Part shown: positions 11,589 to 20,626 of the stretch, piece by piece
Numbering within the stretch: position 1 is the stretch's first letter
How the letters are laid out: every line of letters begins with the position of its first letter
From: Rhizobiaceae bacterium
GTDB lineage: Bacteria; Pseudomonadota; Alphaproteobacteria; Rhizobiales; Rhizobiaceae
Length of the DNA: 47,147 bases
Assembly: GCA_020696915.1 (NCBI GenBank)
Contig: JAJFMR010000001.1
Location: 1-47,147 of the forward strand
Direction: 5' to 3'
Program-made: the position numbers and the translations under genes
Notes under the pieces: generated by a model
What the model was told of the DNA's origin: nothing
Seen by the model: only the letters and a program-made list of their open reading frames with translations
The model's database searches: none

Positions 11589-12851
11589 CTATTTGAGCTC
11601 CGACTTGATCTTCTCCACCTCGTCCGCGCTCATCTCGCCGACCGTCGTGACCTCGCCGTCCTTGATCCGCCACAAGCGGAACGGACCGGTGATGTCGCCG
11701 TACTCGTCGAAGCTGACCGGGCCGATGACCCCTTCGTACTTGATCGGTTTGCCTTCCTTGATCAGCGCCAGTGCCTTTGCGAACTCTTCCTTGCCGGCAT
11801 GGATCGGCGTGCCACCGGACGCCACAACCTCGGGGATGGCGGCCTTGATGGCGGCGGCGTCTCCCTTGCCCGCCTTGGCGATGGCCAGCGCGACGATGGC
11901 GCCCGCGTCATAGGAGCGGTCGGCAGCCGGAGCGTCCGGCTTGATGCCGCCCGAGAACGCCTCGTATTCCCTGCTGAAATATTCCGTCGAGGCGGTGGTC
12001 GTGGTTCCCGAGGACGTGCCGTAGGCATCGTTGAGATACTGCGCGCCCACCGCCTCGATGAAGTCGGCCGAGTTCATGCCGTCGTTGAGCAGGAATTTCG
12101 GCGCGCCGCCGCCCGATATCCAGGCGCGCGCGATCGTGGCTCCGTCGACGGGGTAGCTGATCAGATAGAGGGCCTCCGGCTCGCCTGCCATCGCGGCGCT
12201 CGCTTCCGACGCATAGCTGGCCTGTTTCTCGTTGTAAGGGGTCGTCGAGGTGATCGTGCCGCCGAGCTTCTCGTAGGCGGAAGCGAATTCGCGGACCATG
12301 TTGACGCCGAAGTCGTTGTTGACATGGATGACAGCGAGCTTCTTCAGACCCTGGTCGATGGCGTATTTCGCCGCCGCCGTGCCCTGCAGGGCGTCCGAGG
12401 TGATGGTGCGGAAGAACACTCCGCCCGTCTTGCCGTCGCGGGCGAGAGACGTCAGCGTCGGCGAGGAGGAAGCGGGTGAAACCTGGACGACGCCGGCCGG
12501 CGCCGTCACCGAGGTGAGGATCGGTATCGACACCGAGGAGATGATGCCGCCGATGATGACCGGCACTTTCTTGATGTTGACGAGTTGCGTCGCCTGGTCG
12601 ACGGCCACCGTGCCCTGGCTCTGGCTGTCGCGTGTGTCGGTCAACAGGTTGCAGCCGTCGACGCCGCCCGCCTCGTTGAAATCCCTGAATGCCATCTCCA
12701 CCGACTTTGCACCCGCCTGTCCGTAGGCGCCGGCCGGGCCGGTGAGTTCCATGACAACGCCGACCGTGATGTCGCATTCGGCGGCGATGGCGGGCACGCC
12801 GAGGCCCCCCAGTGCCGCAAGCAGGGTCGTGGTCGACAACAGCTTTTTCAT
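11589..12851 (-). CDS. ABC transporter substrate-binding protein, Liv/HAAT (branched-chain amino acid-type) family
   Basis: 420 aa. Signal peptide MKKLLSTTTLLAALGGLGVPAIA. The type-I periplasmic binding fold pattern is present (VGVVMELTGPAGAYG, VPVIIGGIISSV). SD GGAGAAGGA lies upstream. Confidence 0.85.
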   Translation of the reverse strand: MKKLLSTTTLLAALGGLGVPAIAAECDITVGVVMELTGPAGAYGQAGAKSVEMAFRDFNEAGGVDGCNLLTDTRDSQSQGTVAVDQATQLVNIKKVPVIIGGIISSVSIPILTSVTAPAGVVQVSPASSSPTLTSLARDGKTGGVFFRTITSDALQGTAAAKYAIDQGLKKLAVIHVNNDFGVNMVREFASAYEKLGGTITSTTPYNEKQASYASEASAAMAGEPEALYLISYPVDGATIARAWISGGGAPKFLLNDGMNSADFIEAVGAQYLNDAYGTSSGTTTTASTEYFSREYEAFSGGIKPDAPAADRSYDAGAIVALAIAKAGKGDAAAIKAAIPEVVASGGTPIHAGKEEFAKALALIKEGKPIKYEGVIGPVSFDEYGDITGPFRLWRIKDGEVTTVGEMSADEVEKIKSELK

Positions 12852-12936
12852 TATTTCCTTCTCCCTTTTTTGCTTCGAGGCTCATCCGGAGCCTTGGTGG
12901 TTTTCATCGTCTAACGCCGGTGCCGTGACCCCGCCC

Positions 12937-14001
12937 TCAGGCGGCGCCTTTGTTCAGATTGTACATCATGATCGAGCCGTGCGGGCTGGCCCGGTCGCGT
13001 TCGAGCTCATAGACGTCACCCTCGAGCGGGCGTGCGCGGGTCAGCACCCGATCGATCGCGGCGTGGTCGGCGGCATCGAGATCGACGCGGGCGATGGCGA
13101 GGTTCGACGCCATGTGGGACCGGTTGCGGGCTCCGACGATGACCGCCGCGACTGCTGGCTGCCCCAGCATCGCCGAACTGGCGACGGTGGCGATGTCCAC
13201 TTCGTGGCGGTCAGCTATCCCGCGAAGCGCCCGCAGCAGCTCCTGGAGCAGCGCCCAGCCTCCGAAATCGTCAATGATCAGCCTGTATTTCGTAAGCGAG
13301 CGGTTGGCCAGCGCTCCGGTCGGCTCCTCCTGTCCGAGCCACGCGTCGCCGAGGAAGCCTCCCGCGACGGTGCCGTAGCAGAGCAGTGAGACGCCGTTCG
13401 CCGAGGCGGCCGCCGCCATGCGACCTTCGGGCCGCCTGTCGAGCAGCGAATACTGCACCTGCATCGTGGTGAGCGGCACGCCGGCTCCGAGCATCGCCAC
13501 CATGTGCCGGCTGTCGAAATTGGTGGCGCCGAGCTTGTGGATCTTGCCGGCGCGCCGCAGTTCGTCGAGCCAGGCGGCGGTCTCAAGCCACCGCTGCACC
13601 GAATAGTCCCACCAATGGAATTGCACGAGATCCAGACGGTCGAGTTTCAGCCGGATGAGCGATCGGTCGACGACGCGCTCGACATAGGCCTTTGTGATGC
13701 TCGGCAGGACGTCCAGATCTGGTACGAACTTCGTATGCACCTTGACCCGCCCGAGCGCCTCGCGGCCGCGCAGATCGGCATAGCGCGTTCTGAACCGGCC
13801 GATCAGTTCTTCGACTCCGGTGTAGATGTCGGCGCAGTCGAAGGTGGTGATGCCCGCGTCGGCAAAGGCGATCATGTCGCCGATCGGATCCTCGCTGGTA
13901 AGCCGGCCGTGGCCGCTCGCCAGTTGCCAGCCGCCGCGGATCACGCGCGAGATTTCATAATCCGGCGCAAGCCGGATTCGCGGCATGGCCGGCTCAGTCA
14001 T
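12937..14001 (-). CDS. aldo/keto reductase (paralogue of the N-terminal domain of 17992-19539)
   Basis: 354 aa. The AKR catalytic tetrad contexts are present: CADIY, HTKF, LVQFHWW. Also NFD and CYGTVAGGFL. The start ATG 14001 overlaps the upstream stop by 8 nt. Confidence 0.9.
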   Translation of the reverse strand: MTEPAMPRIRLAPDYEISRVIRGGWQLASGHGRLTSEDPIGDMIAFADAGITTFDCADIYTGVEELIGRFRTRYADLRGREALGRVKVHTKFVPDLDVLPSITKAYVERVVDRSLIRLKLDRLDLVQFHWWDYSVQRWLETAAWLDELRRAGKIHKLGATNFDSRHMVAMLGAGVPLTTMQVQYSLLDRRPEGRMAAAASANGVSLLCYGTVAGGFLGDAWLGQEEPTGALANRSLTKYRLIIDDFGGWALLQELLRALRGIADRHEVDIATVASSAMLGQPAVAAVIVGARNRSHMASNLAIARVDLDAADHAAIDRVLTRARPLEGDVYELERDRASPHGSIMMYNLNKGAA

Positions 14002-14341
14002 CGAGCGGCACCGCCGTGGTGCGGGCGTGGCTGAACATCCGCTTGGCGAGCCGCGTAATGCGCAGCCGCGAGCCGCAATTGGGATCGGGGCAGGCGATCT
14101 CGGCGTCGGTGGTCATCCAGTCGTTCCTGTGGGTCGGCCGCTGCTTGGCTGCGAGCAGGGGCAGCACCGCCGCAAGAGAGTAGATGGAGATGCCCTGTCC
14201 CGGGGGCAGGAAGAGCATTTCCCCGTGCAGTTCGAAATGGTCGCCGGCCTTGGCCCCGCAGTAGATCGGCGCGCCCTCCGGCGCCGTCACCTCGACGCGC
14301 AGGTCGAAGAGCTCGAAGAGATCGTCGCGCGGTTCAGCCAC
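13994..14341 (-). CDS. TIGR04076-like small cysteine-containing protein (uncharacterised family)
   Basis: From memory, the C-terminal ~115 aa (LFELFDLRVEV..YCGAKAGDHFELHGEMLFLPPGQGISIYSLAAVLPLLAAKQR...DWM...IACPDPNCG..LRITR) fit the TIGR04076 pattern. I chose GTG 14341. The upstream part of the 173-aa ORF is low-complexity and probably not coding, so the start is uncertain. Confidence 0.6.
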   Translation of the reverse strand: MAEPRDDLFELFDLRVEVTAPEGAPIYCGAKAGDHFELHGEMLFLPPGQGISIYSLAAVLPLLAAKQRPTHRNDWMTTDAEIACPDPNCGSRLRITRLAKRMFSHARTTAVPLDD

Positions 14342-14563
14342 GCGCAAGCGCCCCGAGGGCCGGCAGCCCGCACCGCCGCATGGCAAGGGTCCTGCAGGTG
14401 AGGCCGCCTCCGCCCCGCCAGGATCTTGATAACCGATCCCTTCGCTCGTGCATGAAGGAGAAGCCACCGTTCCGGCGCGCCGCGCCACCACCGTCACCGG
14501 ATTTTCTATTTGCAAGCCGGAACGATGTAAAGTTTGATCGGGGCGAGCCTGTCAGACGCCCAG

Positions 14564-15370
14564 ATGCAATCAGCCCCCTTGACCGACCCTACCGGCGCCA
14601 CGGCTCCGTCGCTGATCGAGGCGCACGGCCTCGTCAAGGTGTTCGGGGGGCTGCGCGCCGTGGACAACATGTCGATCGCGGTCCGCAAAGGCGAGATGGT
14701 GGGGCTGATCGGTCCCAACGGCGCCGGCAAGACGACGCTTTTCAACCTGCTCGCCGGCAGCTTGGCGCCGACGCATGGCACGATCACGCTGGGCGGGACC
14801 GATGTCACGAGACACGGACCCGACAGACGCATCAGACACGGTGTCGGACGCACCTTTCAGATCCCGAGGCCGTTTGCCCAGATGACCGTGCTCGAGAATG
14901 TGCTGGCCGGCGGGCAGAATCAGACGGGCGAGCGCATGTGGGCGAACCTCCTGCGCCCCGCCCGCGTGGCGCGGGAAGAGCGGGCCCTCGTCGCCAAGGC
15001 GCGCGCTCTGCTCGATTTCGTCACCCTGTCGGCGCTGGAGAACCAGCCGGCGCGCACCCTGTCGGGCGGCCAGCGCAAGCTGCTGGAGCTGGCGCGTATC
15101 CTGATGGCCGATCCGCAGGCGATTCTGCTCGACGAACCGGCCGCCGGCGTCAACCCGAGCCTGCTCGAACTGATCATCGGCCGCATCCTCGACCTCAACC
15201 GGGCGGGCACCTCGATCCTGCTCATCGAGCACAACATGGACGCCGTCGCCCGGCTCTGCAGCCGTGTGGTCGTGATGGCCGCCGGTCGCCATCTCGCCGC
15301 GGGCTCTCCGGCAGAAATCACCCGCGACCCGGCCGTCGTCGACGCATATCTCGGCGGCGCGCCGGCATGA
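14564..15370 (+). CDS. ABC transporter ATP-binding protein (LivG-like)
   Basis: Walker A GPNGAGKTT, signature LSGGQRKLLELAR and Walker B ILLDEPAAG. Start is either ATG 14564 or TTG 14534, with no clear SD for either. Confidence 0.9.
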   Translation: MQSAPLTDPTGATAPSLIEAHGLVKVFGGLRAVDNMSIAVRKGEMVGLIGPNGAGKTTLFNLLAGSLAPTHGTITLGGTDVTRHGPDRRIRHGVGRTFQIPRPFAQMTVLENVLAGGQNQTGERMWANLLRPARVAREERALVAKARALLDFVTLSALENQPARTLSGGQRKLLELARILMADPQAILLDEPAAGVNPSLLELIIGRILDLNRAGTSILLIEHNMDAVARLCSRVVVMAAGRHLAAGSPAEITRDPAVVDAYLGGAPA

Positions 15371-16119
15371 CGGGGCCGTCCCCGCCGGTATTGTCGACGA
15401 GCGGGCTGGTCGCCGGCTACGAGCGCGACCTGCCGATCGTGCGCGGCGTCGACCTCACGGTACGACCGGGCGAACTCGTCGTCATCCTCGGGCCAAACGG
15501 CGCCGGCAAGTCGACCCTCGTGAAGTCGGTCGCCGGACTGGTGCCGGTCTTCGCGGGCAGGATCTCGCTGGACGGTTCGGACATCACTGCGATCCCCGCC
15601 CAGCGCCGGATACGGCACGGGCTCGCCTTCGTCCCGCAGACCGAGAACATCTTCGCCACGCTGTCGATCCGCGACAACCTCCTTCTTGCCGCCGACATCC
15701 TGCCGAAGGATTCGCGAAAAAGCCGCCTCGACTCTATCTACGGCATGTTCCCGGATCTCGCCGAGCGGCCGGGGCGCCGCGCCGGCGCGCTGTCGGGCGG
15801 CCAGCGCCAGATGCTGGCCATCGCACGCGCCCTGCTTGTCGAGCCCTCGCTGCTCATCCTCGACGAGCCGTCGGCTGGCCTTTCGCCGAAAATAGTGGCG
15901 GAAGTGTTCGCGCGGCTCGCGGCGATCAACGCGAGCGGCGTCACCATCGTGCTGGTCGAGCAGAACGTCAGGGCGGCACTTTCCATAGCCGACCGCGGCG
16001 TCATCCTCGTGGAAGGAATGCTGCGCCATAGCGGGGACGCCAAGGCGCTCGGCGCCGACCCGCTGATTGCCGAACTCTATCTCGGCGCGCCGCGCCCGGG
16101 CGGAGCATCGGTCGCATGA
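15367..16119 (+). CDS. ABC transporter ATP-binding protein (LivF-like)
   Basis: Walker A GPNGAGKST, signature LSGGQRQMLAIAR and Walker B LILDEPSAG. ATG 15367 overlaps the upstream TGA (ATGA). Confidence 0.9.
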   Translation: MTGPSPPVLSTSGLVAGYERDLPIVRGVDLTVRPGELVVILGPNGAGKSTLVKSVAGLVPVFAGRISLDGSDITAIPAQRRIRHGLAFVPQTENIFATLSIRDNLLLAADILPKDSRKSRLDSIYGMFPDLAERPGRRAGALSGGQRQMLAIARALLVEPSLLILDEPSAGLSPKIVAEVFARLAAINASGVTIVLVEQNVRAALSIADRGVILVEGMLRHSGDAKALGADPLIAELYLGAPRPGGASVA

Positions 16120-17027
16120 ACCCGCAGGTCGCGATGGATGGGCTGGTGGCCGGATCGATGATCGGCCTTGGCGCGCTCGGCATCACCCTGACCTACTCCA
16201 TCCTGCGCTTTGCCAATTTCGCGCACGGCGAATTCATTGCCTGGGGCGCCTATCTGGCGCTCGCCGCCGGCGCCGCGCTGGGCTCGGTCTTTCCCGGCCT
16301 GGCGGCGCCGGTCGGGCCTTTCTCGTTCGGCTGGGCGCTGCCGGTCGCCCTGTTCGCGGCCATCGGGCTGAACGGCGTCCTGGCGCTTGGCGTCGACCGC
16401 CTTCTGTTCGGGCCGCTGAGGCAGCGGCGCAGTTCGGTCATCGTGCTGGTCATGGCGAGCTTCGGGGCGGCGCTGACGCTCCGCAGCCTGCTCGAATTCA
16501 TCTTCACATCCAGGCCCGCCTATTTCAGCAAGGCGCTGCAGATCGCATTGCCGCTTGGCGGCGGCATCAGGGCCACGCCGGATCAGCTTCTGACGCTCGG
16601 CGTGGCGCTGGTTTTCGTCGTCTGCGTTCATCTCCTCCTGACCAGGACCGCGATGGGGCGGTCGATGCGGGCCGTTAGCGAGAACGTGGCGCTGGCCGGG
16701 TGCGTCGGCGTCGAGGTCGGCAGCGTCATCCGCGTCGTGTGGCTGCTCGGCGCGGGCCTCGCATGCGTGGCAGGAGTGGGCGCCGGACTGCTGGTCCAGA
16801 TCCGGCCGCAAATGGGCCTTGACCTTCTGCTGCCGCTGTTCGCGGCGGCAATCCTCGGCGGCATCGGCAGCGTGCCGGGGGCGATGGTGGCGGGGCTGGT
16901 CGTAGGCCTGTCGGAGGCGCTGGCCGTGCAGTTCGTCGGCGCCGAATGGCGGGCGGCGGTGGCTTTCGTCATCCTCGTGGCCGCGCTGCTGCTGCGTCCG
17001 CAAGGCCTGTTCGGGAGGGCCGATTGA
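16116..17027 (+). CDS. branched-chain amino acid-type ABC transporter permease (LivH-like)
   Basis: 303 aa and polytopic. It has the family N-terminus (LVAGSMIGLGALGITLTYSILRFANFAHGEF) and a C-terminus ending LLLRPQGLFG. ATGA overlap with the upstream gene. Confidence 0.9.
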   Translation: MNPQVAMDGLVAGSMIGLGALGITLTYSILRFANFAHGEFIAWGAYLALAAGAALGSVFPGLAAPVGPFSFGWALPVALFAAIGLNGVLALGVDRLLFGPLRQRRSSVIVLVMASFGAALTLRSLLEFIFTSRPAYFSKALQIALPLGGGIRATPDQLLTLGVALVFVVCVHLLLTRTAMGRSMRAVSENVALAGCVGVEVGSVIRVVWLLGAGLACVAGVGAGLLVQIRPQMGLDLLLPLFAAAILGGIGSVPGAMVAGLVVGLSEALAVQFVGAEWRAAVAFVILVAALLLRPQGLFGRAD

Positions 17028-17995
17028 GCCTGGAACTCGTCAGCTACGGCGCATTCTTCCTGACCATGGCGCTGACCTTCGCGATCATTTGCCTCGGTCT
17101 CAACGTGCAGTGGGGCCAGACCGGCCTGTTCAATGTCGGCGTCGCCGGCTTCGTGGCCGCCGGTGCCTATGTCTCGGCGCTGCTGACGACGCCCGAGGAT
17201 GCGGCGAGGCTCGGCGGTTTCGGCATGCCCATCGCCGCCGGCTGGCTGGGCGGCGCGTTGGCCTCGGCCGCCCTGTCCTTCATGGTCGGCGCGCTGACCA
17301 TCCGCCTCAGGGCCGACTACCTGGCGATTGCCACTTTCGGGGTCGCCGTGGTCGTGCAGCTGTGCGCGCTCAACCTCGAGGCGGTGACCGGCGGCCCGTT
17401 CGGCGTCGGCTTCATTCCGCGCCCCTTCGCAGGCACGGCCCGCAACCCGCTGTCGTTCGGCCTCCTCAATCTCGGCTTGCTGGCGGCGCTGGTTGCAATG
17501 CTCTATCTGCTCGTCGAGCGGCTGACGCGCAGCCCCTGGGGGCGCGTGCTCCGCGCCGTGCGCGAGGACGAGGCGGCGGCGCTGGCACTCGGCAAGAACG
17601 CCTCGCGGCTCAGGCTTCAGGCATTTGCGCTGGGCGGCGGGATGATGGGTCTGGCGGGAGCGGTGCAGGCGCATTTCATCGGCTTCATCGCGCCGGACAA
17701 CTACATGCCGATGCTCACGTTCCAGGTATGGGCCATGCTGATCGTCGGCGGGTCGGGCAACAATCGCGGCGCCATCCTCGGCGCCGTACTGGTGTGGGCG
17801 ATCTGGGCCGGCTCGGCGGCGCTGATCTCGACGCTGTTTCCGCCCGCCGAGCAGGCGCGCGCCGCAGCCCTGCAGATCGTGCTCATCGGCGTCGCGCTCT
17901 GCGGGGTCCTGCTGCTGCGGCCGCGCGGCATCATGGGGGAAGAGCAGATCGTTTCGCGCCACGTCGGCAAGCCCCACAAGGCCGGCGCGCCATGA
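17024..17995 (+). CDS. branched-chain amino acid-type ABC transporter permease (LivM-like)
   Basis: Polytopic. Motifs: LGLNVQWGQTGLFNVGVAGF, REDEAAALALGKN, and a C-terminus LLLRPRGIMG. TTG 17024 overlaps the upstream TGA; ATG 17066 is an alternative start. Confidence 0.85.
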   Translation: MSLELVSYGAFFLTMALTFAIICLGLNVQWGQTGLFNVGVAGFVAAGAYVSALLTTPEDAARLGGFGMPIAAGWLGGALASAALSFMVGALTIRLRADYLAIATFGVAVVVQLCALNLEAVTGGPFGVGFIPRPFAGTARNPLSFGLLNLGLLAALVAMLYLLVERLTRSPWGRVLRAVREDEAAALALGKNASRLRLQAFALGGGMMGLAGAVQAHFIGFIAPDNYMPMLTFQVWAMLIVGGSGNNRGAILGAVLVWAIWAGSAALISTLFPPAEQARAAALQIVLIGVALCGVLLLRPRGIMGEEQIVSRHVGKPHKAGAP

Positions 17996-19539
17996 CGGGA
18001 GGATTGGACGTGCCCGGAGTTCCTGAACGCGCCGTCCTCGACGGCGGACTGTCGATCAGCCGCCTGGTCTGCGGCCTGTGGCAGGTCGCAGACATGGAGA
18101 AGGATGGCGACACCCTCGATCCCGAAAGGGCCGCCGACGCGCTCGAGGCCTATGCGCGGGCCGGCTTCGACACGTTCGACATGGCCGACCACTATGGCAG
18201 CGCCGAGTTCGTCGCGGGCCGCCTGCTTGCCCGGCAGCCTACCGCCTTCCGTCCCGTCGCGCTCACCAAATGGTGCCCCGAGCCCGGGCCGATGACGCCT
18301 CATGTCGTCCGCAGGGGCGTCGAGGAGAGGCTGACCAGGCTCGGCGTCGAACGAATCGACCTGCTGCAGTTTCACTGGTGGACGTTCTCGCATCCGGCCT
18401 GGCTCGATGCCCTCCACGAGATGGATCGGTTGCGGCAGGAAGGGCTGATCGGCGCGCTTGGCGTCACCAATTTCGACGCTGCGCATCTGCGCGTGGCGCT
18501 CGCCGACGGCATCAGGCTTGCCACCAACCAGGTGTCGTTCTCGCTGCTCGACCGGCGTGCCGCCGGGGAACTGTCGGCGCTTTGCCGCGAGCGCGGGGTC
18601 AGGCTTCTCGCTTACGGGACGCTCTGCGGCGGCTTTCTTTCGGAACGATGGCTGGGCCGGCCGGAGCCGGCCGGCATCGGCGACTGGAGCCGCTCCAAGT
18701 ACAAGCGTTTCATCGACGTGGCCGGCGGCTGGGCGGCATTCCAGGAAATCCTGGCGGCGGCCGCCGCCATTGCCGCGCGGCATGGCGTTTCGGTCTCGAA
18801 CGTCGCGACACGCTGGGTGCTCGATCACGCTTCCGTCGCCGCTGCCATAATCGGCGCCCGGATCGGCGAAAGCGAGCACCGCTCGGACAATCTCGGCGTC
18901 TTCGGCTTCGCCCTCGATGAACAGGATCTGGCCGATCTGGAGGCGGCGTTCGCAGCGAGCCTGCCCATCCCGGGCGATTGCGGTGACGAATACCGCCGCC
19001 CGCCCTACCTGACGGCCTCGGGCGACCTCAGCCATCACATTTCGAGGCTGCCGCCGGTCTACACCGCCGAACCGGTGCCGGGATCGCCCGGCCGCTGGCG
19101 TGTGTCAACGGGAAGCGTATGGGAGCCGATGGCAGGCTACAGCCGCGCCCTGCGCGTCAACGGCATGATCCGGGTCTCCGGCACCACGGCAACGCATGGT
19201 GCGGATCGTGTCGTCGCACCGGGCGACGCAGGCGCGCAGACGACCTACATCCTGGACAAGATCGAGGCGGCCATCGCCGCACTGGGCGGGCGGATGGAGG
19301 ATGTCGTGCGCACCCGCATCTATCTCGAGGACGGGTCCGACTGGGAGCAGGTGTCGAGGGCGCACGGACGCGTCTTCGGAGACATCCGGCCGGCCAACAC
19401 GATGGTGGCGGCAGGCGGCCTGATCGGCGAGTATGCGGTCGAGATCGAGGCCGAGGCAGAGCTCGTCGATGCTGAGCCTGTCGCAGCGGAGCCCGGCGAA
19501 GCGGAGCCTGTCGGACACCGCGGAGGCGGCCCGTCCTGA
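17992..19539 (+). CDS. fusion protein: aldo/keto reductase domain + RidA/YjgF/L-PSP-like domain
   Basis: 515 aa. The AKR part (aa 1-~345) has MADHY, LTKW, LLQFHWW and YGTLCGGFL. The C-terminal part (aa ~372-488, nt ~19105-19455) looks RidA-like: VNGMIRVSGTTA...AQTTYILDKIEAAIAALGGRMEDVVRTRIYL...EIEAEA. ATG 17992 overlaps the permease stop (ATGA). Confidence 0.8.
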   Translation: MTGGLDVPGVPERAVLDGGLSISRLVCGLWQVADMEKDGDTLDPERAADALEAYARAGFDTFDMADHYGSAEFVAGRLLARQPTAFRPVALTKWCPEPGPMTPHVVRRGVEERLTRLGVERIDLLQFHWWTFSHPAWLDALHEMDRLRQEGLIGALGVTNFDAAHLRVALADGIRLATNQVSFSLLDRRAAGELSALCRERGVRLLAYGTLCGGFLSERWLGRPEPAGIGDWSRSKYKRFIDVAGGWAAFQEILAAAAAIAARHGVSVSNVATRWVLDHASVAAAIIGARIGESEHRSDNLGVFGFALDEQDLADLEAAFAASLPIPGDCGDEYRRPPYLTASGDLSHHISRLPPVYTAEPVPGSPGRWRVSTGSVWEPMAGYSRALRVNGMIRVSGTTATHGADRVVAPGDAGAQTTYILDKIEAAIAALGGRMEDVVRTRIYLEDGSDWEQVSRAHGRVFGDIRPANTMVAAGGLIGEYAVEIEAEAELVDAEPVAAEPGEAEPVGHRGGGPS

Positions 19540-19589
19540 CAAACGGTCCCGATCCCGTGGACGGGATATGACGGCAGACGCCGCTCCTG

Positions 19590-20537
19590 TTATGCCCCGC
19601 CCGTCTTCGCCTCGACGGCATCCCAGAACAGCGCCGCGATGTCGGCGCCGCCGAAGCGCCTGACTTCACGGATGCCGGTCGGGGAGGTGACGTTGATCTC
19701 GGTGAGATAGTCGCCGATCACGTCGATGCCGACCAGGATGAAGCCGCGCTCCTTGAGCGAAGGCCCGATCCGGGCGCAGATCTCTCTCTCGCGCTCCGTC
19801 AGTTCCGTCTTCTCCGCCCGTCCGCCGGCATGCATGTTGGACCGCGAATCGTGCTCGGCCGGCACCCGGTTGATGGCACCGACTGCCTCGCCGTCGATCA
19901 GGATGATGCGCTTGTCGCCCTTGCGGACCTCCTTCAGATAGCGCTGCACGATGAAGGCTTCGCGGAACATCTGCGAGAACATCTCGAGCAAAGACGCCAG
20001 ATTGCGGTCGGCCTCGTGAAGGTGAAAGATCCCGGCGCCGCCATTGCCGTAGAGCGGCTTGACGATGATGTCGCCATACTCCTTCCGGAAGGCGTCGACT
20101 TCCCGCGCATCACGGGTGATCAGGGTTTCCGGCATGAGGTCCGGAAACTCGGTGACGAATATTTTCTCCGGGCTGTTGCGCACCCATGCCGGATCGTTGA
20201 CCACCAGGGTGCGCGGATGCACGCGCTCCAGCATGTGCGTCGTGGTGATGTAGTTCATGTCGAAGGGCGGATCCTGGCGCAGCAGGATCACGTCCATCTC
20301 TGCAAGATCGGTGCGGACCGGGCTTCCGAGCGAAAAATGGTTCCCCTGCTCATCGCGGACCCCGACCTCCTCGATCGAGGCAAACAGCCTGTTTCCGAAC
20401 ATCGCCAGCCGGTCCGGCGTGTAGTGGAACAGGCGGTGCCCCCGCCACCCGGCTTCCAGCATCAGCGCGAAGCTGGTGTCCCCCGCTATGGAGATGGTCG
20501 AGATGTGATCCATCTGAACGGCGATGTTGAGCGGCAT
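19590..20537 (-). CDS. gshB: glutathione synthetase
   Basis: Prokaryotic GshB ATP-grasp pattern: IAVQMDHI..I...[54 protein letters not shown] chose ATG 20537. Confidence 0.95.
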   Translation of the reverse strand: MPLNIAVQMDHISTISIAGDTSFALMLEAGWRGHRLFHYTPDRLAMFGNRLFASIEEVGVRDEQGNHFSLGSPVRTDLAEMDVILLRQDPPFDMNYITTTHMLERVHPRTLVVNDPAWVRNSPEKIFVTEFPDLMPETLITRDAREVDAFRKEYGDIIVKPLYGNGGAGIFHLHEADRNLASLLEMFSQMFREAFIVQRYLKEVRKGDKRIILIDGEAVGAINRVPAEHDSRSNMHAGGRAEKTELTEREREICARIGPSLKERGFILVGIDVIGDYLTEINVTSPTGIREVRRFGGADIAALFWDAVEAKTGGA

Positions 20538-20626
20538 CTCGCTTCTCCGGGCCCTGCGCTGAGGGAGCCTATAGGAAACTCGGGGCGTCATGCCAATCGT
20601 CATCCCTCCGGAGCAGGGACGGCTGA

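Noticed and set aside
14380-15366. 5' part of the 579-aa ORF 14380..16119, and similar long 5' extensions (6255-6557 before pyrF, 17089-17991 before the AKR::RidA gene, 27340-27807 before coxM, 39278-39736 before dapB)
   Set aside because: The extensions overlap other well-supported genes in another frame or are Arg/Pro-rich low-complexity sequence. Internal starts with SD sequences or start/stop overlaps give proteins of normal family length.
19552-19567. ATCCCGT-GG-ACGGGAT hairpin between the convergent AKR::RidA and gshB genes, considered as a terminator
   Set aside because: The stem is effectively only 6 bp, the loop is very tight and there is no U-run on either strand. That is too weak to call.
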